A stretch of DNA of 63,687 nt, filler included, from Choristocarpus tenellus KU-1152 (Eukaryota; Protista; Phaeophyceae), in assembly GCA_964200185.2 (NCBI GenBank). It is 7 parts of 7 records of this genome, joined end to end, with 100 filler letters (N's around TTAATTAATTAA, not from the genome) between each part and the next. Parts side by side here need not be neighbours in the genome. Positions count along the whole stretch, not along the records: positions 1 to 29,870 come from CAXNAD020000099.1; 6 more parts are not named here. One strand, given 5' to 3'. Each line of letters begins with the position of its first letter. Position 1 is the first letter of the stretch. Position numbers and translations under genes: made by a program. Shown here one piece after another: positions 1 to 13,294 of this stretch. A model generated the notes under the pieces. It was not told where the DNA came from. It worked only from the letters and a program-made list of their open reading frames with translations, and did no database searches.

Positions 1-107
1 CATTCACATTATCCATCCGACGTATACAACCAAATCACCCAAAAATCGCGACATGAAAAAATTGACCCCAAATGGACAGCCGCCAACACCCTCAGATACT
101 TTGAGCC
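1..107. mobile_element. MITE family A, partial copy (one TIR end)
   Basis: Matches the internal sequence of the copies at 3950, 36411, 43478 and 56430 (attatccatcc...aaccaaatcacccaaaaatc...ccccaaatggacag) and ends in cagatactttgagcc. Confidence 0.85.
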
Positions 108-1705
108 CTTAACCCAAAAAGTAATGTTCTGCTGCCAATGGTTCGAACTTTGTGCGATAAGTTACAAAATCTGGAACTCTTGTAAGTAACAGTTACCTAA
201 ATTATATTCAGGGGGCAAACCCTTCTTTTCCATGATCTCTCAATGGCGCTACATTGATAGCTGTTTTTCTGATATTAAATTGAAGTAATGAAGTGAAATT
301 CCTAATGCTTACCCTGATCCAGAATATTCAGATTCTTGGGTTCTATAAAATATTTTGGCACCTCTCCCAAGTACTTTCTTGAATCATCAGAAAGGAAAGG
401 AAAAGAAAAGCATTGAGGATTCTGCATACAACACAAAGCAAATTTTCCTAACTGTTGCTAACTGGAGACCTACTTTTGTGCAGATCCATCTTCCAACACC
501 CCTTACCTTTCCGCCTCGGGGTCAATGCACTTCTTACCCCCCTTACGTAACCTGCGCCTTTGTATCTTTTTTTACTCCTTGGCTTTCCTCTCTCTTGGGA
601 AAGATTTCCAAAGCAATTCTTCCGTTATTTCCTGGGTCATAAGCTGATACATGGAACTATTTTGATAAAGAAAAATTTGGCTCCTGTCGAGTGATGTAAA
701 TGGTGACCACCTGTAAGTACATTTATTCGTGTATTATGACATGCACCACATGTGGCACTATCAAGCATGGTCAGGTTTTGTTAATGATCACACATGATAC
801 ACTTTATTTTGGAACTCCACCGGAATTGGATGCAACCGTAAAATGATTATGGTAACTATTTTTAATTTAGTCACGAGAAAAGTCTATCTTATTCAGTGAA
901 TAGTAAGTATGAGTGTGATGACCCTGGTGCCTACTGACACTCCTGTGCTGTCAACAGGATACTTAGCTTTCAATTTCCTTCAGTTCATATTGTGGTTTAT
1001 GTACTACAGCACACTTAACATACTTCATAGGAAATTATTTCTTTGCATGTTACCCAATTGAGCAACAATAACATATCCTCATCATCACAACATGAGGTAG
1101 TTGAGACAGCAAGAGAGCAAGACAGCCTGCCTGGTAACTGATGCCTAACTTTTTCTTTCACCTTTTTCTTCATAACTTGTCTGATAGTGTAATTCGTCGT
1201 TTGACTACCTTACAACTCTCGTTTCTCAACTCAGGCTGTACTCTCACTACCAGCTATCTGGACTCGTCATTTGTAAACATGGTTCAGGTCCTGGATCTAC
1301 AGTGCGTATTATGTTACTTCTTACAGTCTAGCTGGAACTTCGGAATTTTTTTGGAATAGGCCAAGACCTTGAAAAATCCAAGAGGACACCACGAATATGG
1401 TACCTGGAAGTCCACAACTGGTTACTTTCAAGGTACCTCAAGTATGTCATTCATGCTTTACCAACATTGTAAATGAACGTATAGCTCGATGGGCATTACC
1501 CCGCTGACTACTGAGGAAAAATTCGGATTCCTGTCAATCAAAAGTTTGGAGTGCTGAGCGGTACTAAGGTTTTACATTTAACCTCCAACGGTACAATAAA
1601 TTCCACATATACCGTCCATTGTTTTTAGTCATACTGTACTACGGGCAAAAACTTGAACTCTCTTGGATAAAAATTGTATGCATAGCCTAGACTATGGTGC
1701 TTTCC

Positions 1706-1743
1706 TTCCCCTGACACATCTGCAAATTGTAAGGGGGCATCAT
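1706..1743 (+). mobile_element. Very short 3'-end remnant of the RLE-type LINE found at 58.6-59.9 kb
   Basis: ttcccctgacacatctgcaaattgtaagggggcatcat aligns to ttcccctgacacatctgcaaagtgtcagagggcataat at about 59854-59890. Confidence 0.65.
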
Positions 1744-3069
1744 ATTACAGTCAAATCAATTGAGAGGTGGGCAGGTTTCAAACCTATTGCATTCTGAGTC
1801 ACCTTTCTTACCCTGTGCAGTATACTCTAATTCACTGATTTATGTGCACAACAGTGTTAGCAAATACATGTTCCCCCTTTCCACACACACAGTTATAGGA
1901 GCAAAAGCTCTTTCTGCAATTGTACAAAATGGCAGATTTTTGCTCTTACTCGGATCCTTAAAATGCAACCCTGCCTACCTCTCAGTTCGTTTAAATCATT
2001 GGACTAGATCGTCTTCTTGTATTTGCACCTACTTTGTATGAAGTATTTTCAACTTGTAGCAATGCGACTAACCTGGCATTCATAACATGACACCATACTT
2101 TCTATTCAGATCACTCCTCATGGTAGATGAGTATCGATGTGTGTACGAGAGCATGACATTTTGATCTCTCACAAGAAGAGGAAAATTGTCAGATCCACAT
2201 TTATGGATAGCAACAACTATGAAGACAAGAAAAGCAACAGATCCCCTGACCACCATTTGCACACCTTCGTATACAATCCAAAGGGTATGATACTAAATGC
2301 TCTGGGACCATATAATAAGCAATTCCAAATCGAAAATGCAACCTCTTCATTCATGCGATCTCCCCCCCACCCCGTACCCTTCCCCCTAGTGTTTATCGCA
2401 TACTTGCTATGATTTGTGTCCATTGATTCTTGTTCTGTAGCCACAAAAACATTTTGCAACACCCACACCTGATCAAAACGAAAAAAAACACATACTCTGT
2501 GTGATACAAGATGCAACCATCACACACCACAATAAAGGTTCCTCAAACATAGCGTACCTAGATTGCCGAGCATTCCTACCTCAAGGGAGATAGGGATAAC
2601 CAAGGAAGCATGTATAGTCCTATCTGAGCCTAGCTAGGGGTTCTTCGATAGGGGGAGAGAATAGCTTGGACCTCATCTTAGTTTTGCAATAACAGGCACC
2701 ATCTACCACGCCACAAGCTACACGTGGGGGGTGGGGGGTAGAGGGTAGGAGGTAATGAAAGACAACAACACTCATCACCAGCACAGGACACAGCGAAAAA
2801 CAAAAATAACAGGCTACTACTACCTTATCCTCATGCTCCCTCCGCCTGTCTGGATAGTCAAGTGTCTCCCTTTATAGGTGTAAAGGCTCTCTGGTTATGG
2901 GAATCCCCCCTCCGCCATATACATCTCACCCCCCCTTCTTACACAACAGAATATTACTGTGCAGGACTTGGGCGATCAACACTCCTCCAAACTAGGGACA
3001 GGAAAAACAGACTACTATCTGCAGGATCAAGAGAAGGGGGGTAGAGGGAGCGCTATACAAAAACTAACG

Positions 3070-3285
3070 CTCTAAATGTCCACAATGTGACACGTTCACA
3101 CACGCACATTCTGATGAATACACACACACAGGCAGGCATGCCAGACATCACCTCATGCGGAAAGCGGAAGAGCTGCATAAAATCTAAGACCAAAAATGTC
3201 CACAATGTGCTACATTCATACACATATGCACACATGCATATATACACACACAGGCAGAAATGCCAGAAAGCACCTCATGCAGGAT
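3070..3285 (+). repeat. Degenerate ~125-bp tandem duplication with CA-rich tracts
   Basis: aaatgtccacaatgtg...acacacacaggcag...atgccaga...cacctcatgc occurs twice. Confidence 0.7.
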
Positions 3286-3949
3286 GCTTGCATATCCCTG
3301 CCATATTTCAACTTCTGTGCATTTGTATGGTACATACTCCAAGTATATTCACACACAAAATCTGCAACACACCAAATATCATGCTAGGCCATAGCCCTCT
3401 AACTCGCCACCCTTGGCCCTCCAACCGGTCCTATGGTCCCCTGAGCAAGGCTGAGACGAATTGTCTTAAGACATACGATTTGTCAAAATAACCACTACAC
3501 TTCACTCTTGTTGCAACTGGCTGATCCCATTTCTACTTGATATTCGAGGCACCGTCATCACGCTGCTGGGCAATGGCTACGCCCTGAAGCTAAGCCAAAA
3601 ATCAACTCCTGTAGGAAGCAATGATCACTATTATTGACACATAAGTGAGAGGGTGGGAACTGGGGTAGCGGGGGTTAGGGACTAGCTTGGCTGTCGATTG
3701 AAAATAAAGAAATTGATATCCTTCCCAAACCCCCTGTCCAAAAACTTCAGATCCTATCGGTCCCTTCCAAACTCCACTCTCCGTCCTTGCTTTAATTTCT
3801 TTGCTAATATGTATCTCTTCTCTTCACTCCGATCAGTCCCCCTTTTCTCCATGTTCTTTAGGAGAAAGCTGTGATGTTGGCCTCGTTGAGAAGGGGGGGG
3901 CTGACAATTCCAGTGAAGAAATTGTCTTGCCAACTACACTCACTCACCT

Positions 3950-4130
3950 GGCTCAAAGTATCTGGGGGGGGTGGCGGCTGTCCATTCGGGGCCAATTTGT
4001 CCATATCACGATTCTTGGTTGATTTGGTTGCATGCATTGGATGGATAATGTAAGTCCACTTCTCCTGGTCAAGACCCGAATGGACACCCTGCTGTAGACC
4101 TCCCCCCCCCCCCCCCAGGTACTTTGAGCC
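3950..4130. mobile_element. MITE family A, complete ~180-bp copy with TIRs
   Basis: Left end GGCTCAAAGTATCTGGGGGG, right end CCCCCCAGGTACTTTGAGCC, inverted subterminal TGTCCATT/AATGGACA motifs, no coding capacity. Lies about 180 bp downstream of the phosphate-carrier stop codon. Confidence 0.9.
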
Positions 4131-4312
4131 ATCCGTGAACAAGAGAGGCATATCAACACGTAAAAGTAAAGGTTTCCTCAAGAGAACCTCGCTATCCACC
4201 GATCAGAGCGCAGGAAAAATAACACTCTACACCCTCACTTCTTTCAACCTACCCTGTCCCCCCGCCACCCAATCCAGACACCCTGCTTGTACATTTCAAT
4301 ATCCCAGATGTA

Positions 4313-7300
4313 TCACTTTGCTGTAACAGCAGGGGCCTTCCCGCCCCCTGTGGTCCCCATCCCCATAATAGTCTTCAACGTGTCATATATCCACCACTGC
4401 AGGCCAGTGAGAGTTCCAATCATGAGAACACGAGTTCCAAGGCCTCCCCACACACCCTTCACACCGAGATCCTTGAGGATCTGCCCTGGACTCTGGCCGC
4501 CCTTGCCCATCTGAAAGCAAGTCGTGCAAAAAGAGTATGCATACAATACAGTTTACATTGGTATCTTCACATTCAATCCAGATTGTACCACAAACCAATT
4601 ACGATGGACAGGAGATACTAGATACATCATTTAAGTGTTCATGTGGTAGGAAGAGGGGGTGGAAACCTAGGATGTGGTAAACCTGTGCACCAATACAATG
4701 CAATTCTTGTTGTTATCAAAAACAGTCGAGGGTATTTATTTTTTGGGGGGGGGAGTAGTCAACAAGCCCCATGAGATGGTATAGTATACAAAACTTCATG
4801 AGACTACAAAATGGTGGTTCAAATCAGAAAGGCATTGTGAACAGCAAGACTACGAGCCAAAGAGATTGAATTGGATCAATGCCACCTCCAACAGTGATAA
4901 ACATGTTGTAAGTGCCCATAATTCCTTCACTTGGTGAAGAAACATCTGCAATTTGGGAACCCAATAAACCATACTCATTACAGATATGCTCCTGGTCATT
5001 GTCCACTGCAGACGCCCATCAAAATTGAGCACACTCGTTGTCTCCTTCACAGAAACGGCAAGAGGTATAGGCACATGATGTGGACCCTACCCTGCATGTT
5101 CCAATCACCAACTCCACCACTATCGAAAAAGTCGAAGCAAAACAAACTGAACAATAAATTGACATAATTTCAATTGCAACCATAAGTCCAAGCTATTTCA
5201 AACCAAACATATCTTATCCAACACCTTTATGTACACAATTCCGCCTCCCTACCTACTCTTAGAGATGTAGAAAAAACGTAAATACCTTTCTGGGTGTTGA
5301 AAAGACTTTTCTTGGGGCAGTTTTCTCATGTGGTGATAAAGTGCCAACAGGACAATCTGTGTGCTACGGTCTATCAACTGCTGGTAGGGTGTGCATAGCA
5401 GGAAAAATGTCAATTTCACTGAGAATCCTGTCCTGCATGCACAGGCTTCCTCATCCACTGCATAAGAACTCTAGTATTTAACATCTTAGTTTGAAGCACC
5501 CTTAACTGTGCAAGCTATGCCCTCCCCACCACCCTTTCCTGTTGTTAATATGCCATTGAGTGACTTGCCTTTGAGACAACTGTGTCAGCAGGGTGGGATA
5601 CGATGGCACAAATAACACCTGCCAGGTACCCTGAGGCGAATGTAATCCCCAGTTGGGTAGACTTGGTGTACTTGTTCTTGGGTTTGGTGAACACATAAGT
5701 GTAGAACCCCTCTACAACCTAGAATAAACAGAGCATATTTGGAAAAAAATGTACACAACCACATTGGAACAACAGTCGCGTAGTGTGGAGGAGGGGATTA
5801 GGGTGGGAGAAGACGTTAAAGTAAGAAAGGTATTTTTCTCACTAAGATTTGGACAGTTGTAAGGGCGTTGAAGCACAGTTGCATACACTTTTATCATACC
5901 CATCACAAATACAAAAATAACTAGAGCATGAGGAGGAAAATATCAGGCCACGTAGCAAAAAACAACACACTTGTTTCGTTTTTAACTCCTAAATACATTG
6001 TTTCCACAAACATAGGGACCACTGAAGCCTCAACAACTCTCCATGTGCCATTCTTAATGTACCAACCAACACACGTCCACCCTCAAATAATAACGTGAAG
6101 CTATACACATGAAAATACACGAATTTTATAAAGTCACTATGTATAATTTATGCAAGGAGATTATGCGCAAGATATTCCCTCCCCCCCCCTCGCCCTATCC
6201 CCAACAACACTTGCCATTACCCAACATGCATGGACTTGGTGTCAGTTGACGATGAATGAGGAATCTCACTGGTGAATCTTAGAGAAAACAAAAAAATTCA
6301 GTGACTTAACCACGGTGGATATGGAAACCATATACCAGGATATCTTAACCACGGTGGATATGGAATCAATTAACTATCGATGTAATAGTATGTTACGATG
6401 AAACCAAGGTTAAAAGAAGGGGAAGAGTCACAGTTTAAGGAAAATACCTTGTACTGTCAATATTTCCTCTCTCTGTACTCTCCACTTATCTTTCTTGACA
6501 AAACATGAATATCTTCTACACTGGATATATATCTTGACCCACCTTCTCAAAGAAGAAGAATTTCGCCATGGTATAGGGGATCTGACGTGACCAGAGGGGA
6601 ACAAGCGAGCCCATTGGGAACTTATATTCAACCGAATTTGCCCTCATCTCTGCCAGAGCTGCCCCAAATTCTGTGGGAAATGTTCCTGGAACGGAGGTCT
6701 GGACCTGCAATCATGAGCATGCGTGAAGATCAGCGAGATTAGCACTAGTTGCCAGCAACCCATAGACCGAAATCGCAGGTGTGTTGTTGGTGTTTGTTAT
6801 AGGAGCATTGTTTCCATAAACAGAATACACACATTATTGGAATGACTTGCAAAGACAATTTGATCACTATTCCTAGCTCCCCCTATGTCACACATTTCCT
6901 AAAGAATGCTCAACTCCGCATTCCCATTCCCCCTTATCAGCTACTTCATAATTCAATCAAGTGCCATACAGTGAATATTAATTGATGGTTGCTTTTGTGT
7001 AGTAAAGTTTTCTACTACCTATTTCACCCTCTCCTCTCCGAAAAAGGAAGAAAATTATTTCTCTACCGTTTACAACATTTCATATACCCACACATGTCCA
7101 CATAAAACATGAAGCTACACTTTTCCATACAACTCCAACTTAGTAAACTGCTTCTTACAAGCACACGGCATTCCAATCATAACAGAAGACAAGGGGCGAT
7201 CCCACTTGTCCTCCCATCCCCGATTCCCCCCTCTTCTAAGGCAGAGGTTGCGGATTTAGGTCCCACCTTACTGACGACTTTCACCTCTGATTTGAACTGT

Positions 7301-10300
7301 CCTTGTAGTTCAGTGCGTAATTAAATGCGGCCTTAGGTGGTGATAGATTGAAACATCTACAACCATTGACAATGGTTGGATTAAGAGCGTGGCTACAGAC
7401 TACGTGTGAAATGTTGACCTAATATTAAATTTTTGTGATTGTTGGGGCTGAGCGTATGGGCGACAGAGGCTATTAATAGTTGTACATGACACAGGACCAA
7501 CTGCTCATAATGAAGATCTCTATACATGATTTCCTACGGACATAATAGAAGTATTGTGAAGAGTGTTATGAAGTCACCAGGTTTGATTGAATTGCGTTTA
7601 TGAAACACCAAAAATTGGGGCAACAAAAATCTCTGCAATTTTCGGGCAAATGCACACTACAGACATTGGTCACGGAGCTCAGCGATTCACCCACCTCATA
7701 TTGTACTCTGACTGTGCGCTTCAAATATAGTTGAGTAAATCGAAATTATTCCAGCCAATATCAATTAATACTTACAAACTCTTTGGATTCACAACATACA
7801 AACGTCTGACCATGTTAAGCCCTAAACATCTTTAGCTCGTACCATGCCACCAACTTCCAATCTCTAGGTGAACGGAATTAAGGATTTTTCGGGGTTTAGT
7901 TGACTGCTCAACCCCCAAGAGGCCCTAAGATCACTCCTTCCAATCGTGCCCAACATGATTATGTTCCTTGACAAGATCCTCTGTGCATGGTTATACCACC
8001 TCATGCCCCTTAACACATATTTAGAAAGAACAGGGTCTTGGCATGGTACATTCATCAGGGGTGTACTGGAGTTGGTGGTCTAGTTGGCACTATGGTATGA
8101 AGGTGGAATATGCTATTGGTGCTATGTTGGGTCTATACTTACCAACAGCAAAATATTTCTCCATACCACCATCGAAATTAATCCCGCCATGTCTTGTCAA
8201 CAGTTAAACAAGTTCTCAGGATAATCAGCTTCCCCCCACATCATGGAGCCTTGTTCACAACCTTAATGCACATATTTAGTGGATTTGTCTCGAAAAACAA
8301 TAGCGTTTCTCCTCTGTGTGCCTACGAACTCCTACTTGTACCGTGAGACACACTTACCTTGACCTTGACCATTTCCATGGGGCAGAGGGCAATATCCGCG
8401 AAAAACTCAGCCGAGGCTGACCCCAGCAAGTAGATGGTTCCACGATACTCATAGGCATTCTCTTCACCTAATTCAGATATCAGCAAGTAGGATTGTGTGG
8501 ACGTGGTTGGGGGCCTGGGGGCTGGAGAGAACTGCAATGGTTGTAGCAGTCTCTAGAGGGTTGTAGAAGGGGAATGGGGGGAGGGAGGTTGCAGCCTGCA
8601 GGTATTGCAGCAGTTATGAGGCAATGGTTCCCAATCACAGGTCACCATCAGGGGAACTGTCACAAGTCTTGAAGAAAAGAGGAATCACAATTCTGGTAAA
8701 CCTGTGCATCAGATGACAGGAGGACTCACACAGCAAGTGTCGCTGGTGGACACTCAACTGGCTAGAATCAGCCTAGAGTAATTACAAGTGTGTATAGACA
8801 TACCCTCCATACTGCTTGGGAGATTATCTGTTGTAATAGTTTGTGTGCACTCCCCTAGAAGCAAGGCAATCCATTCAAAAGAAAACTGTAGTCTCCGTCA
8901 CCCCAGGCCAAAGTTGTGTATGGAATATTATTTTATATGACAGGTTATAAGTTGAAGCACTTCAAGTTAAGACAAGTTACTTAAATTTCTCTAGATGTCA
9001 AGACCTGTTGAGTCTGATGGACCGGCAACATGTTCGAGTCTCCATTTGAAAAACACAATTACATCAGCTCAATGTATGAAGTTGGTCGTTTACGTGCACT
9101 ATGCTATTGTTGAATAATAAGAGTACCTTCACCACATTCCCCACCCCACAACTTCCCCACATACCACACCTCAAATGTTCCGCTGATACATTTACACAAC
9201 ACACCAAGCAATCTCTAGCATCTGTTTAGCATTCAAAGGTTACTTAATACAGTTGCCCAAATTGTCATGGTGCAATGAGGAAAGTAACATCAACATAATT
9301 CGCATGCCTACTACAACAGATGCTACATACGATATTATATTAAACCATTTCATACTACAAGATACGCTTAATGTAAACTCTGAAACCATAAACCAGAAAT
9401 TTTGAAGGTGAAATGATGTGAAAATGATAGTGCCACTTGAAAAAAAGAGAGAGCGTTGATTTCTAAAATCATTATGAAAACCAACGGATCTTGCACTTGA
9501 AAATTGTTTCTCTTATCACATACAATAGAACAATTTGAAAATATCGAAATTAGTGAAGACGATTGCTCTCTCACCAGCCAGATTGCTGTACAGGTCCTTG
9601 AAGTACTCGTAAAGACCAAACTTGAAGCAGCCCTGCATACATATATGTTGTATCAGAGTATAAATGAACATGCATATTGTTGGCGTGAGAGAGGTTGGGG
9701 GTGACAAGGAAAAGTATCCAACCTTAGCCTGCATTGATGCAGGAAGGTATTCATATTTTCTTGCCAACCTGCAATAATCATGTAACAAATAGTTCCGCAC
9801 CAAACCACATGAGTACAATGACTCCAACTTGCTCCACAACTTTGCAAGGTACAACAATGGATTCTAGAAATAGAAAAAAGTCACTTTGACACAGTTGTAT
9901 TGACATTGCTCTCAGTAACCCCTAATGACTGTTAGCAAAGGTAGAGGATTTCGTCAACACAAACTACACTCCACAGTCATTCCAAACCTGTCCCATTTCG
10001 CATCTGAACACAGCCCTGCCATTGACCACCCGAAAAAAAAATTGACTTAGTACTTGTTGCACTGAACCATGAATCTAGCCCAGATCTTGGTGAAGAAGGA
10101 GAGCTCAACTCCGAACTAACAATGGTGAACTTGGTAAGTAAGATAGAGAAGTCGAGATGCAGCGAAAAATATCATTTTCACCCTGCCCCCTTGTTCCCTC
10201 CCACACCGCTAGCAAAGAAAAACTCTCATGAATCATGCACTGAGTCTTGAATCATTGCTTGGGGAAAGATTTCCCCAGGAAAATATCATAGATTACCTAC

Positions 10301-13294
10301 TGCACCATAGCCTGTACTGTAATTTACGCCGAGGGGTTGTGAATTTTCAAGTCGACATTTCTATATACGGCATGTGCAGCGGTACCAATAGCTCGCAATG
10401 AAATCTACAGGGAGGGGGATCTCGAAACTAAGGTTCTATGTCATCAGAAAGGAAACAAAACTAGAGATATCACATCAAGCGCAACAACAGCTGGGAGGAG
10501 AGGGGATACCTGAGCGCTATATCCCAGCAGTGTGGGAAGCCACCCTTTCAAAAGCATGCCTGTCCCTTCCTCTGCCATGATTGTTTTTACAGAGCCTTGA
10601 AGGGAGAAGCGCAAGATTATCAAGGTTCCTCAAACACATTACATACTTGTTTAAATGTTGGCAAGGAACATAGCATGGTTCATTACTGCTTGACGGGAAA
10701 GTGTTTTCGGTTCTCACCAATTAAGCAATCATTGTAGTAAGTACGATTTGAACAAGAAGCAGACTTTGATTTGTTCCGTAGTCCAGAGGACGGAAATATC
10801 ACCTCGTTACGCAAAGACTCGGCACAACAAACACAAAAGCAATCCATTAAAAGGCGACCAACAAGACAACATGATTTCTATATATCAACGTTGGAGAAAG
10901 TAAGAGGTCAATCCTCAGGAACAAAGCAATGCTGGTCGATACCAAACAACTGCAACTACAATATGATATGATTGCCTTCTTTTTCCTTTCCTCCCCGCAC
11001 TGACTTTCCGTTTCAGATCTCATGCCCTCCCTCCTCCAAAAAAGGACTTGCCCCAAACTATACACACAAGCAAACAGGAGCGACTTGATCCTCAGAGACA
11101 ATTCCTTACACCAGCTCTATCACACTTTTGGTGTGACTGTGCTTCACAAACAACAAAAGGAGAGGTACACACATGGACTGGAATATTCAGAAGCGATTTC
11201 TTGCCGTCACTACCCTACTACTGCTTCTAGATTATTTTGCCACATACTGTGTATACTCTTCCCACCCGCATTATATAATGGGAGAAGTTGCTATTCCTAT
11301 TCCTATCTACTCCAGTGGTACACTAACATTAAAACCTTATAGAGAAGGGTGTGATGAGCGGTAGTGGGGAGGGGGGGAGTAGCAAGGGGAACAACAATAG
11401 TAACATTTATATAGTATATCTTATGTACCTTTATCTACATCTCGAGTCATTGCTCAATATTTCACTTCTGGGGCGTCATTTCAGCCCCTAGAGTATTTAG
11501 GGCTTTTAAGACCTTCTGCCTGACACCCCATCCCCATACTTAAAATGTAGGCAACCCCCTTTGAAGGTCGTAGCGCTAGAAGGGAAGTCTAAATTCGTCT
11601 ATACAAGTGTGGCATCAACCTCAAGAGTGCTAGAACTGTATGTTTCCGAAAACAGTGATAGGAACCCTCAACAACACCCGACTCTAGGGAAGGATAACTC
11701 GGACAGAGAATCCAAAGATTGATCAATCAGCTACTGTTTTGCTGTTGCTCTCTTTAAACTTATCAAAATGCTGTACCGATGTCCCCAGAGCTGTCCAGAA
11801 TTCGTCTCCAACTCATCTCATCAGAGAGTCTCTCTCAGCAATGCAATTCAATGTTGCTATGATATCCTAGACATGAAACACCTCGAAAAGCCTGCACCAA
11901 CTACAAACTATACCAACCGCCTGTCCAACGTTCCCTGACAGCGAATGCTATGTTCAAAACTATGTGTTGTATGAATTGCAGCCATCCATCCTGACCCTCG
12001 TATACTGGTCTTCATGTCCACGTTGGGAAAACGATTACTAGGGATCAGATAACCATGCTGCTGTCTACAAAAATGGTCGAGAAAAAATTTAAGATGAGGG
12101 AACGTGTGCACTAGGTATCATTATACGTATCATACTGTGCAGTGTAAGTTGAGCACACTCACTGTACTTGGCTGGAAAATAAACTCCCACTCTCCTTGGT
12201 TTAAGGTATCAAATGTAGGACAGGAAGAAGGGAGGGTAGGGGCGTTAAGGTCTGTAGGCAAAATAGTCCTTCTGTACCCAATGCCCAACCGACACCGTGA
12301 GAATGATAACGAGAACAGCGCCTACAAAGTGTTTGACAGGATATCCCCATTTTTTGAGTGCCTACTATGCGCTGGCATGAACAGACGTCTCTATCAAAAT
12401 GGCGGGGGCATATAGCCACTCAGGGTAGAGCAATAAGAATATTTTCAGAGCAACCTGTCGGGAAAAGAAATATTTCCATACGATATGTGGAGATGATGGG
12501 CGATGGAGGACGAGGCGGGGAGTCAATTGTCAGTTTGGGGACAATAGGACATATATATATATATATATATATGCAACAGTACAAAATATATCACACTGCA
12601 GATGCCATGTCCTAAGCACAGAGCGGCCAGCAGTGTAACAGGTGATACAGATTTAGTGTCTCACCAATAAGGCCCTTGTACTTCATAGGGTTGGCCTGCA
12701 TGTTGCATTTAGCCACGTCCAAGGGCGTGACAGCCGTGTGAGTAAGGCCGCATGAGAGAACCCCACCAAACATGCACTTGGCATAGTAGACGTTGTCGTG
12801 GATTGGAGTGTGAGTAAGGCGGACATCCCACTTCTCATCAGCAACAGCGGCAGAGTTGGCGATCACTCGTTTGTTGTCACTGGATTTTACATTGTGGCGA
12901 AGCCAATGGTGGGGTTGGGAAGTGAAAGTTATTACGGACACTGTGGACAAGTGTGCAGTATATCATGTAAACGGAAGTTCAATCCAAGTGTGATCTGTAA
13001 GGAGGACGGGTGAGATGGCAAAAGTTAAAATATCAACCCGAACCACATTGGATGCTGATGCGAGTTGAATTACCAGCAAAGTCCGTTGCTGTAGTGACGA
13101 GATATTTGAGGGTGAACACTTGATGTCATTCCTTACATGTCCGTCGCCACTCAGCCGCCTGTGCATGGGGTCAAGTCAGGTGAGATACAGCGCTAACTCC
13201 TCTATTGGGGTCCTGACCTGTTCTGCAGCTTTGACCATGCTGGGGCATAGGCACCAGCTGGAGGGTAGAGAACTTTGAATCCGGAAAACACCAT
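4313..13294 (-). CDS. SLC25A3: Mitochondrial phosphate carrier (SLC25A3/PiC/MIR1 family), 8 coding exons: 13294-13218, 12879-12665, 10595-10510, 9632-9575, 8467-8358, 6704-6543, 5718-5569, 4510-4313
   Basis: The spliced product has the carrier signatures SCGLTHTAVTPLDVAKC, GWLPTLLGYSAQGCFKFGLYEYFK, ASAEFFADIALCPMEMVKVKVQT, PLWSRQIPYTMAKF, AIVSHPADTVVSK and GLGTRVLMIGTLTGLQWWIYD. Exon phases are compatible; the last intron is GC-AG. Exon 1 is the least certain. Confidence 0.95.

Noticed and set aside
355-3900. Many short ORFs in the track here and inside introns elsewhere
   Set aside because: No homology signal, often non-ATG starts or antisense shadows of real exons; consistent with chance.
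6307-6365. ~21-bp direct repeat ttaaccacggtggatatggaa x2 in a PiC intron
   Set aside because: Simple local duplication with no further structure.
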